Shown here in pieces: positions 54,927 through 62,212 of a stretch of 62,212 nt of DNA. Position 1 is the stretch's first letter, and the number at the start of each line of letters is the position of its first letter. The DNA is from Patescibacteria group bacterium (GTDB lineage: Bacteria > Patescibacteriota > Gracilibacteria > UM-FILTER-43-11). Location of the stretch: assembly GCA_029260955.1 (NCBI GenBank), contig JAJDCF010000007.1:1-62212 (forward strand). Direction: 5' to 3'. The notes below the pieces were generated by a model that had not been told where the DNA came from, ran no database searches, and was given only the letters and a program-made list of their open reading frames with translations. The position numbers and the translations under genes are program-made.

Positions 54927-56114
54927 ATGCGATTTATTCGAAAAAGCATCATCGGAAAAGCCATTTTCTTTCTCATTGTACTATTGGGAGGAATTGTAGG
55001 TGGTAGCGTCTACTTGCGCAACAACGGCATGACGGAGCTTCCATCTGATTGGGTTTTGTATGGAATGATTGGAGTCTTGCTTCTAATTTTCATGGTCTTT
55101 GTGTGGGATATTTTTATTCCAATTTCTAAAGTAACTAAGCAGGTTACCAGCTTGCTAACGGGTAAGGAATATAAGCGAATTACTCCAACAACTATTGACG
55201 AAGTCGGTGTATTTACTCACTTTTTCAACGAGATTACTCAGGATCTTGAAAAGATTTCTTACGATGTGAAAGAAAGGCGTCGTATGTCTTCCGAATTGGA
55301 TATTGCATCCAACATTCAGCGCGATGTACTGCCAAAGGAAGCCCCAGAGGCTCCAGGTCTTGATGTAATGGCTAAAACCCGTTCGGCGGCGGAGGTTGGG
55401 GGTGATACTTTCGACTTTTTGACCTCAGCTGATGGTAGCCAGGTTTTTATCTACATCGGTGATGTTACAGGCCATGGTGTGCCATCTGGACTTATTATGA
55501 TGATGGTTGATACAATTGTGGAAGCCATGGTTTATCAGGGTGTTGCGAGTGGGCAGAAGCTTGTTACTCATACCAATTTCCTTCTACACCCACGCATTGC
55601 CTCACGTCTGTTTATGACTTCTGTAATGCTCAGGTGGGACAAGTCAAATCAGCAGATGTATTACACGGGAGCCGGTCATGAGCACATTCTGATTTACCGC
55701 AAAAAAACAGAAGAGGTTGAGTCAATCGCATCGGGCGGAATTGCTTTGGGAATGATTCCTGATGTGAGTAAGATTGCCCAGGAGAAACCGGTTTCTTTAG
55801 AGATAGGTGATTGCCTTGTTTTGTATACCGATGGTATTACCGAGGCAAAAAACCATACTGGTGAAATGTATGAATTAGAAAGGCTGAAAAAGGCCTTGAA
55901 GAAAAATGGCTACAAGCCATCTGTTGACGCTGTTTTTGATGGTCTGACCAAGGATTTCTCAGATTTTGTGGAGGAATATGTTCAAATAGACGACATCACA
56001 ATGATTGTGATCAAGTACATGGGTAAAGATTTTGCTTCTCAAAAAGTGAAACTTACGGTTAGTAAGGCTGATGAAGAGGGTGCTGCGAAGAGCAAAAAGT
56101 GGGACTGGAGCTAA
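54927..56114 (+). CDS. Membrane-bound HAMP-PP2C (SpoIIE/RsbU-type) serine phosphatase
   Basis: Two TM helices and a HAMP-like linker. PP2C/SpoIIE motifs: ASNIQRDVLP, GGDTFDF, IGDVTGHGVPSGLIMMM, YTDGITEA. Starts 2 nt after the fusion gene. Confidence 0.85.
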   Translation: MRFIRKSIIGKAIFFLIVLLGGIVGGSVYLRNNGMTELPSDWVLYGMIGVLLLIFMVFVWDIFIPISKVTKQVTSLLTGKEYKRITPTTIDEVGVFTHFFNEITQDLEKISYDVKERRRMSSELDIASNIQRDVLPKEAPEAPGLDVMAKTRSAAEVGGDTFDFLTSADGSQVFIYIGDVTGHGVPSGLIMMMVDTIVEAMVYQGVASGQKLVTHTNFLLHPRIASRLFMTSVMLRWDKSNQQMYYTGAGHEHILIYRKKTEEVESIASGGIALGMIPDVSKIAQEKPVSLEIGDCLVLYTDGITEAKNHTGEMYELERLKKALKKNGYKPSVDAVFDGLTKDFSDFVEEYVQIDDITMIVIKYMGKDFASQKVKLTVSKADEEGAAKSKKWDWS

Positions 56115-56130
56115 GGTAGGGCTTTGAACG

Positions 56131-56724
56131 TTAATCAAGGTGCTTAGTGCAGTTGGAGCACACTATTTTGTGATTTTTATCTTCATCAATTTCAAATATA
56201 TTAACGCTGGTATTGTGTTGATTGTCAACATCTTGAATATCTTCATGCTTTTTGTTTGATATTACAGCTATCAGTGCCTTATTAATGCCATTGTGCCCAA
56301 CTAACAATACAGTTTCGTCATGATGCTTTGCGATTGTCTCATGGAGAAATCTTTCTACCCTGCGATATAGCATTTCCATATCTTCACCCTTTTTTGGTTG
56401 AATTTGCGTTACTTTGGAATCTTTTGCATTCCAGCCAAAATCGCTTTTTTTCTTTCCTTGAAATTCTCCTAAATTTCTTTCCCGTAAATCCTCTACGAAT
56501 TTAATTGGGGTTTTTGGGTGTAATTTCGCAATTTCTTTTGCAGTATCAGAAGCTCTGGCCAGATCACTTGAATAAATGAAATCAATTTCTTCATCCTTTA
56601 ATCTTAGGGCTACTTTTTTAGCCTGATCTACTCCGGTTGCAGAAAGTTTTCCTGGCAAATGCCCTTGCAAAATACCAGCTCTATTCTCTTCAGTTTCGCC
56701 GTGTCTTGTTATGATGAGTTTCAT
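56131..56724 (-). CDS. Histidine phosphatase (phosphoglycerate-mutase-like superfamily)
   Basis: LIITRHGETEEN (RHG motif) and VGHNG (second catalytic His). Start set at the ATG at 56724, which forms an ATGA overlap with the glycosyltransferase stop. Confidence 0.85.
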   Translation of the reverse strand: MKLIITRHGETEENRAGILQGHLPGKLSATGVDQAKKVALRLKDEEIDFIYSSDLARASDTAKEIAKLHPKTPIKFVEDLRERNLGEFQGKKKSDFGWNAKDSKVTQIQPKKGEDMEMLYRRVERFLHETIAKHHDETVLLVGHNGINKALIAVISNKKHEDIQDVDNQHNTSVNIFEIDEDKNHKIVCSNCTKHLD

Positions 56725-57827
56725 ACATTTGTTATTAACCGATAAACTTCCTCTGCACATTTCTCCCAGGAGTATTTTTCGAGCTGTCTTGAATACGTGC
56801 TTATCAATTCTTTATTTGAATCCGGATTGTCTGCAATTTGCTTCATCAGTTTTGCAAGTGCCTGAGCATCTTCTTTTTCAAAAAATAGGGCGCTTTCACC
56901 AGCAACTTCTTTTGAGCTTGGAATATCTGATGCGATTATTGTTACGTTTGCATCCATGGCTTCCAGTAGCGGAATTCCGAAGCCCTCAAAGCGAGAAGGA
57001 AAGATGAAGCTAAGGGTATTTTTCAGAAGTACAGCTTTTTCTGTTTCGCCAATATAGCCAGTAAAAGTGATTCGATGTTTTAGTTCGGCGGGAATATCTT
57101 TTATTATTTTTTCACCGCCATGCCCTGGGAAGCCAGCTAATACAAGTTGAATATCTTCATTATCCTGGGCAAATTCACCAAAAGCTTTAATTAGCGTGTC
57201 AGTGTTCTTTTTATATTCGATGCGGCCGATGAATAAGAAGTATTTTTTTGGCTTAAGAGAGAATTTCCCCAATATTTCTTCTTCGTCCATGATCTCTGCC
57301 TTGGTAGGTGTGAAGCCAAGAGGAATGACTGAGATTTTATTGGAATCTGCCCCATAAAATTTGATTAGGTCCTGCTTGGTTGCCTCAGAGGGGGTGATGA
57401 TTCTTTTTGCGTTCTTTACGGCAAATTTGGTAGCCCAATCTAGGTAGATCCGTGAAAAAATTCCATAGCTTTCCGGTGAATACTTAAACACCACATCGTG
57501 AATTGTGATAGTGGATTTTTTAGGGTAGATAAGCGGAAGAACGTGTGAAGGCACAAATAGATTATCTATTTTTTTGCTTTTAAAAATCTCCCAACTCAGT
57601 CGAATTAGTGTCCATAGTCTGGGAAACGGTATGACTATTTGCTTTACATCTAATTCGATTTTTCTTGGGCTGATTAGGGTGATATTTTCACCGTGTTGCT
57701 TAACTAGTTCATTGATCAAATAATAAGAGTAGTTTTCGACTCCGGTTTTTCTTCCAGTGTTTGAGTAGCGGGACGCGTCAATGTAAATCATAAGACTAAT
57801 TAGGTTTGCCATTCTGGCACTCATCAT
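56721..57827 (-). CDS. Glycosyltransferase, GT4 (GT-B fold)
   Basis: C-terminal EGFGIPLLEAM (EX7E region). The true start may be the internal Met at 57791 (MIYIDASR...). Confidence 0.85.
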   Translation of the reverse strand: MMSARMANLISLMIYIDASRYSNTGRKTGVENYSYYLINELVKQHGENITLISPRKIELDVKQIVIPFPRLWTLIRLSWEIFKSKKIDNLFVPSHVLPLIYPKKSTITIHDVVFKYSPESYGIFSRIYLDWATKFAVKNAKRIITPSEATKQDLIKFYGADSNKISVIPLGFTPTKAEIMDEEEILGKFSLKPKKYFLFIGRIEYKKNTDTLIKAFGEFAQDNEDIQLVLAGFPGHGGEKIIKDIPAELKHRITFTGYIGETEKAVLLKNTLSFIFPSRFEGFGIPLLEAMDANVTIIASDIPSSKEVAGESALFFEKEDAQALAKLMKQIADNPDSNKELISTYSRQLEKYSWEKCAEEVYRLITNV

Positions 57828-57865
57828 TATAATAGGCTAGTAATAATTTTTTAACTACAAAATAA

Positions 57866-58252
57866 ATGGCTGATGATTATCAATTTGATGACTTAGATTC
57901 TGCTTTAGACGCTAAGGAAGTGAGTGAGACAAAAACTGAAGAGAGTAGTGCTACTACTACTGACCCCGTGTCAGAGCCAGTAGCTGAACCTGCTGCTGAC
58001 CCTGTTGCTAGTACAGCAAGTGCTGGAAGTGGAGGTAATACTGGTGGTGGAAACGGTTATGCTGCTGAATTATTCTCAAAGCAAATCAAGGCTAAATTCC
58101 GTACTTTCTTTATTGATTTGAAAGAGAGCTCCAATGGCAAATTTATCAAAATTAGCGAAAAGAGCCATGGTCGTAAGAGTACGATTATGATGGATGCAGA
58201 AGATGTTCCAGTCTTCATTGAGGCACTTAAAGAAGTAAGTGATCATCTCTAA
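57866..58252 (+). CDS. PUR-alpha/DUF3276-like nucleic-acid-binding protein with an acidic disordered N-terminus
   Basis: The C-terminal 65 aa, LFSKQIKAKFRTFFIDLKESSNGKFIKISEKSHGRKSTIMMDAEDVPVFIEALKEV, fits the single PUR-repeat pattern (RTxFFDxKE...I.E....k..I.....d...F...L). Confidence 0.55.
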   Translation: MADDYQFDDLDSALDAKEVSETKTEESSATTTDPVSEPVAEPAADPVASTASAGSGGNTGGGNGYAAELFSKQIKAKFRTFFIDLKESSNGKFIKISEKSHGRKSTIMMDAEDVPVFIEALKEVSDHL

Positions 58253-58263
58253 ATCAGATAATT

Positions 58264-58297
58264 AAAAAAGGCCCCGCGATTAGCAGGGCCTTTTTTT
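58264..58297. terminator. Bidirectional rho-independent terminator between convergent genes
   Basis: AAAAAA-GGCCC-CGCGATTAGCA-GGGCC-TTTTTTT (stem 58270-58290). Confidence 0.75.
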
Positions 58298-58307
58298 GTA
58301 TCTTGGT

Positions 58308-59870
58308 CTATTTTGCCATATCCGTGGCCCTTGTTTCTCTTATTACCTGAACTTTGATGGTGCCTGGGTAGGCCAGCTCCGCTTCAATCTTTCTGGCAAT
58401 TTCATGAGAAAGCTTGATGGCAGCCATGTCGTCTACTTTTTCGGGTCGTACGAATACACGTACTTCACGACCAGCCTGAATAGCGTATGCCTTATCTACA
58501 CCGTCAAATGAGGTTGTAAGGTTTTCCAGTTCCCTAAGACGCTTGATGTAGTTTTCTACATTCTCACTTCGAGCTCCTGGTCTGGATGCTGAAATAGCGT
58601 CAGCTGCCATGATTACAAATGCCTCAGCGGTGTTGAGTGAAATTTCCTCATGATGAGCCTCTACTGCGTGAACCACTGCTTCTGGAAGGCCATATTTCCT
58701 AAGGATGTCAGCTCCGATTAGAGCATGACTACCTTCTATTTCGTGATCGACAGCCTTACCAATGTCGTGCAGGAATCCTGCTACCTTGGCCACATGTGGG
58801 TCAGCTCCAATACTGGCTGCCAGATGACCAGCCAAAATACCTACCTCCATACTGTGCTTTATCACATTCTGACCATAACTGGTTCTAAAGCGAAGTCTTC
58901 CAATAATCTTAATCAAATCAGGATGTAGCCCCGTAATACCCATTTCGAAAGCGGCTTTTTCGCCGAATTCTTTCATCATTTGATGTACTTGCTCCTTGGT
59001 TTCTTCGACCACGGTTTCAATTCTAGCTGGGTGAATACGTCCGTCTTCTACTAATTTAGTCAGCGCTCTTTTAGCAACGTAGCGACGCACCAAATCAAAA
59101 CCAGAAATCATAATTGCGTTTGGCGTGTCATCTACAATCACATCAACGCCTGTAAGATGCTCAAAGGCATTAATATTGCGACCTTCTTTACCGATCACAC
59201 GACCCTTAATGTCGTCACTAGGTAGTTCGACAATGGTTTGTGTGGATTCAGAAGTTACATCTGAAGCAAGTTTTTGAATGGCCTGAGCTAATACATTTGT
59301 AGCTTCCTTTTGGGCACCTTCCTTAACTTCCTCATTCATTTTTTTGTAGTGGCTGACCAGCTCATCTTTGTAATCACGTTCCATGTTATTCAGAAGCATT
59401 TGCCTTGCTTCATCTTTGGTGAGCTTGGTGATATTGGCTAGCTTTTCTTCCTGCTGTTTGTAAATCGCTTCCAACTTTTCTTCATCTACTCTTAGATCTT
59501 CCCCTCTTTTTTCATAATTTAGCTTGGTCTTTTCTATCTCTGTTGTCTTCTTTTCCAGAAGATCTTCTTTAGAAATAAGGCGTTCTTCTTGCTTCTCAAG
59601 TTGACGTCTCATGGCTTGCCCTTCCTTCTTCGTCTCTTCGACGATTTCTAGGGCGCGTTTTTTTGCATCAAGGATTTTTTCCCTGAGCTTGCTCTCTGCT
59701 ACGGAAGCTTTTTGCTCAATCTCTACAAGTTTCTTTTGAGCGTGAGATATCTTTTTTTCATTGGCGTCCTCAATCTTTTTCAGATGTTTATTGCCTTCAG
59801 ATTTGAAATAAAGATAAACCCCAGCAACCCCAGCAATCATACCGACTAGTATGTAAATGATGGTGTTCAT
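58308..59870 (-). CDS. rny: Ribonuclease Y
   Basis: N-terminal TM helix, long coiled coil, KH domain (GRVIGKEGRNI) and HD domain (HSMEV...LHDIGKA). Length 520 aa. Confidence 0.95.
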   Translation of the reverse strand: MNTIIYILVGMIAGVAGVYLYFKSEGNKHLKKIEDANEKKISHAQKKLVEIEQKASVAESKLREKILDAKKRALEIVEETKKEGQAMRRQLEKQEERLISKEDLLEKKTTEIEKTKLNYEKRGEDLRVDEEKLEAIYKQQEEKLANITKLTKDEARQMLLNNMERDYKDELVSHYKKMNEEVKEGAQKEATNVLAQAIQKLASDVTSESTQTIVELPSDDIKGRVIGKEGRNINAFEHLTGVDVIVDDTPNAIMISGFDLVRRYVAKRALTKLVEDGRIHPARIETVVEETKEQVHQMMKEFGEKAAFEMGITGLHPDLIKIIGRLRFRTSYGQNVIKHSMEVGILAGHLAASIGADPHVAKVAGFLHDIGKAVDHEIEGSHALIGADILRKYGLPEAVVHAVEAHHEEISLNTAEAFVIMAADAISASRPGARSENVENYIKRLRELENLTTSFDGVDKAYAIQAGREVRVFVRPEKVDDMAAIKLSHEIARKIEAELAYPGTIKVQVIRETRATDMAK

Positions 59871-60207
59871 AATAAATAATAAGGTTAATGGTTAACCTCA
59901 AAGCTAATAAAAGTTTGATTGAGCAGCTTGTTGTTTCTCCCTGCCTAGGCAAGGTAATGATTTTTTACTTTAACAGTTGAATAAACAATTTTCAGATGGA
60001 GTAGTTGCTCAGATTAACGCTCGTATTTTATCTGATTCATAGCTCTTTTTTTGCTTCTTTAGCCCGAGATTAACAGAAATGTATATCAGTATTATAGAAT
60101 CACCTAATTAATTGTCAAACAATATTTGTTTGGCTATTTTAAGCCATTTAGCTTTTTTAAGCACTAGTTTAACCCCCTCAGTCTTTGTCTTTTTTCTATA
60201 AAACCCC

Positions 60208-60236
60208 TTGCTATGTTGAGATAATTTTGGTATAAT
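60208..60236 (+). promoter_or_regulatory. Near-consensus extended -10 sigma70 promoter with no downstream ORF
   Basis: TTGCTA (60208-60213), 17-nt spacer ending in TGG, TATAAT (60231-60236). Confidence 0.55.
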
Positions 60237-60242
60237 GATATG

Positions 60243-60662
60243 AAACGTAAGAAAAGATGTTCCTTAAAAATTAGATCTGAGTGAGAGAAACCTGTCTTAG
60301 AAACAAAAATAAAATTCATTTTTTATTTTCTAATTATATTTACGGCTTTAATAATTTTCGAAATTATTAATGTGAATATTATTAGATTATCTTGGGCAGG
60401 TTCCTCTCACTGATGAATATTGTTAATTTACTAACGAAACAGAAATAAAAGTTTTCTTTTTTACTGCCTAGCCCCCTAGGTTAGTGAATGGTTTACATAA
60501 TGTTCCTGATTTAGTTCAGGTTATGGGTTTTGTTGGAGCTTAGTAGTCACTGCATTTACTTCGGTATGTGTTGTGGTTGTTAAGATTTAGCTTTTGATTC
60601 GGTGATTGGACTAAAAAACTCTGGTGTTGATTCTACTTCGGTAGATTCTCCTGGGGTTTTTT
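60243..60662 (+). ncRNA. Candidate structured non-coding transcript (family unknown)
   Basis: No ORF of 60 aa or more on either strand. 18-nt inverted repeat GAGTGAGAGAAACCTGTC (60279-60296) / GGCAGGTTCCTCTCACTG (60395-60412), 15 of 18 complementary, enclosing AT-rich hairpins such as TTAATAATTT-TCG-AAATTATTAA. Two cUUCGg-capped hairpins at 60553-60570 and 60629-60648. T6 run at 60657-60662. Confidence 0.3.
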
Positions 60663-60685
60663 AGCGTCCCGAAATCTTTTTGCAT

Positions 60686-60707
60686 AAAAAAAAGACCCAG
60701 GAGGGTC
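60686..60707 (-). terminator. Rho-independent terminator of the 96-aa gene
   Basis: On the minus strand: GACCC-TCCT-GGGTC followed by T8. Confidence 0.7.
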
Positions 60708-60729
60708 TTAATAAATTACTTAATCCAGC

Positions 60730-61020
60730 TTAGGCAGCTGTATCAGGTATTCTTATGTCATTGTCGTTGGCTGGTATGGCTGTGGGATAGATCGCTCCGA
60801 TGGATTCTGCGGCAAGTTCTGTGTGGTGCTGTGTGACTGAGAAGTTTGCACCATTCTTATCTACAGTAAGTCTTAATGCGCCACGAATGTCATTAATAAG
60901 CCTTGGAATACCCTTGGTCATCATTGCTTCAATAACTGACTCTTTGCTGATAATCCCTCTATTGCCTTCTCGCTCAATCAGATCGAGAAATTCCATTAGG
61001 GAATAGTTTTTTTGACTCAT
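60730..61020 (-). CDS. Hypothetical protein (96 aa)
   Basis: ORF with its own terminator. No motif recognised. Confidence 0.5.
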   Translation of the reverse strand: MSQKNYSLMEFLDLIEREGNRGIISKESVIEAMMTKGIPRLINDIRGALRLTVDKNGANFSVTQHHTELAAESIGAIYPTAIPANDNDIRIPDTAA

Positions 61021-61275
61021 TAGTTTTTTTGTTATCTTCCAAGTATACCTTAAATAAGGGGGGAAATCAATACTAATAAGTGTTAAGTTGGAAGGATTTG
61101 CCGTATTATTGATATAATATTGACAAAGCTTAAATTATATATTATTATTGCCTACTCCTGTATCGACAGATTAATAGTTTTGTATTACGGGATCTCCCCC
61201 AAGTTGCCTTTCTATGTAAAAATAGAAGTTATCTTGGGGCGTTTTTGTATCGGTAAACCCCTCCCGATATGAAAT

Positions 61276-62212
61276 ATGAAAAGAGTAGCTGCAATTATTA
61301 TTTCCTTCCTATTAGTCCTCAGTCAGGCGAATTTGGTGGTTTTTGCTCAAGAGTTGCCAATTGAGGAGTCCGTTCCTGTTGTAGAGGAAGCTGTTGAGCA
61401 GTTGCCAGTGGAACCGGAGCCTGTGTTGATTGAAGAATCTCCTCCTGAAGAGCCAATTCCCGAACCCGAACCCGAACCCGAACCCGAACCCGAACCCGAA
61501 CCCGAACCCGAACCCGAACCCGAACCCGAACCCGAACCCGAACCCGAACCCGAACCCGAACCCGAACCCGAACCCGAACCCGAACCGCAGTCGCCTGTAG
61601 TATTTATTAATGAAATTCTTGCTGACCCTAAAGAGAAGGATGCTGAGAATGAATTTATAGAAATCTATAATGCTGGAACTGAATCAGTTGATCTTCGTGG
61701 TTGGCAATTGGATGATACGAAGGTTGATGACGGATCGTATTTCTTTTTGAACGATTCACTTGATTATGTTTTGCAGCCAAATTCTTATTTGGTCCTTTTT
61801 AGACCTGAGACACACATAACTCTAAACAATGACACTGATTCAGTTATTCTTCTTGATGCCAATGGGAATGAAATCGATTCATATGTGTTCGAGTCTCCGG
61901 GCGCTGGCCTTTCGTGGGGTAGGAGCCCAGAATATATTGAAGAATGGATGATATTTAAAACCCCTACACCAGGATCAGTTAATGTGATTGAACCAAATGA
62001 TTTACCTGTGGCGGTGATTGATATTCAGCAAGATACTGCTTATATGAAGCTTAATGTTACGGGTGCAAATAGCTTTGATACTGATGGAGATGTGCTTAGC
62101 TTTTTGTGGGAATTCGAGGAAGATATTTTTGATGAGCGTGAAAATCCGTTGATTTATGAATATTTGACGATTGGGGATAAGGTAGTGTATCTGACCGTCA
62201 TTGATATTCATG
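61276..62212 (+). CDS. Secreted protein with a (PE)n linker, lamin-tail domain (LTD) and PKD-like domain; 3'-truncated by the window edge (absent from the ORF track)
   Basis: My translation from the ATG at 61276: [25 protein letters not shown] (signal peptide) ... (PE)21 ... [40 protein letters not shown] (LTD signature) ... [21 protein letters not shown] (PKD-like). The frame is open to the end of the window. Confidence 0.8.
   Translation, partial: MKRVAAIIISFLLVLSQANLVVFAQELPIEESVPVVEEAVEQLPVEPEPVLIEESPPEEPIPEPEPEPEPEPEPEPEPEPEPEPEPEPEPEPEPEPEPEPEPEPQSPVVFINEILADPKEKDAENEFIEIYNAGTESVDLRGWQLDDTKVDDGSYFFLNDSLDYVLQPNSYLVLFRPETHITLNNDTDSVILLDANGNEIDSYVFESPGAGLSWGRSPEYIEEWMIFKTPTPGSVNVIEPNDLPVAVIDIQQDTAYMKLNVTGANSFDTDGDVLSFLWEFEEDIFDERENPLIYEYLTIGDKVVYLTVIDIH
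61459..61584 (+). repeat. Perfect hexanucleotide microsatellite (CCCGAA)x21 inside the CDS
   Basis: I counted 21 uninterrupted CCCGAA units from 61459 to 61584, encoding (Pro-Glu)21. Confidence 0.95.

Noticed and set aside
60240-60284. 14-codon ORF (MKRKKRCSLKIRSE) at the start of the candidate ncRNA
   Set aside because: Its ATG lies only 4 nt after the -10 hexamer and the peptide has no features. A leaderless micro-ORF cannot be excluded, but nothing supports it.

Overview
This 62.2-kb window looks like the chromosome of an AT-rich, uncultivated bacterium. A CPR/Patescibacteria (Peregrinibacteria-like) origin is my inference only: none of about 10 start codons I inspected has a GGAGG-like Shine-Dalgarno motif, the gene set is streamlined, and there are giant surface proteins. 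I found no rRNA, no CRISPR array and no transposase.

Housekeeping content:
- A glycolytic operon: class I aldolase, gap, and a PPi-type pfk.
- gpmI.
- Scattered cell-wall and division genes: murC, murD, murJ, ftsQ-like, ftsB-like, an S11 carboxypeptidase and a LysM-M23 peptidase.
- tig, rel, rny, nrnA, yidD and lemA.
- tRNA-fMet(CAT) and tRNA-Val(GAC).

Accessory and unusual content:
1. A five-gene, tightly coupled minus-strand operon (32573-50624). It is led by an uninterrupted 4,320-aa mosaic protein and followed by four secreted proteins with no family I can recognise. The giant protein carries Ig-like, FG-GAP-like and DUF11-like modules, two proline-rich hydrophobic blocks, three C-terminal SLH domains and duplicated TSP3-like Ca-binding modules. 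This is my best candidate for an undescribed envelope-anchored attachment system.
2. A 1,404-aa protein with N-terminal SLH domains, probably the S-layer protein, preceded by a 633-bp upstream region.
3. A signalling cluster of PAS histidine kinase, REC-only regulator, a fused RsbW-like kinase/STAS protein and a HAMP-PP2C phosphatase, with no sigma factor nearby.
4. A tyrosine recombinase preceded by two related palindromes.
5. A strong-promoter locus with no ORF of 60 aa or more, possibly an ncRNA.
6. A perfect (CCCGAA)21 microsatellite inside a secreted LTD/PKD protein.

Every domain call comes from reading motifs in the translations. No database search was run.
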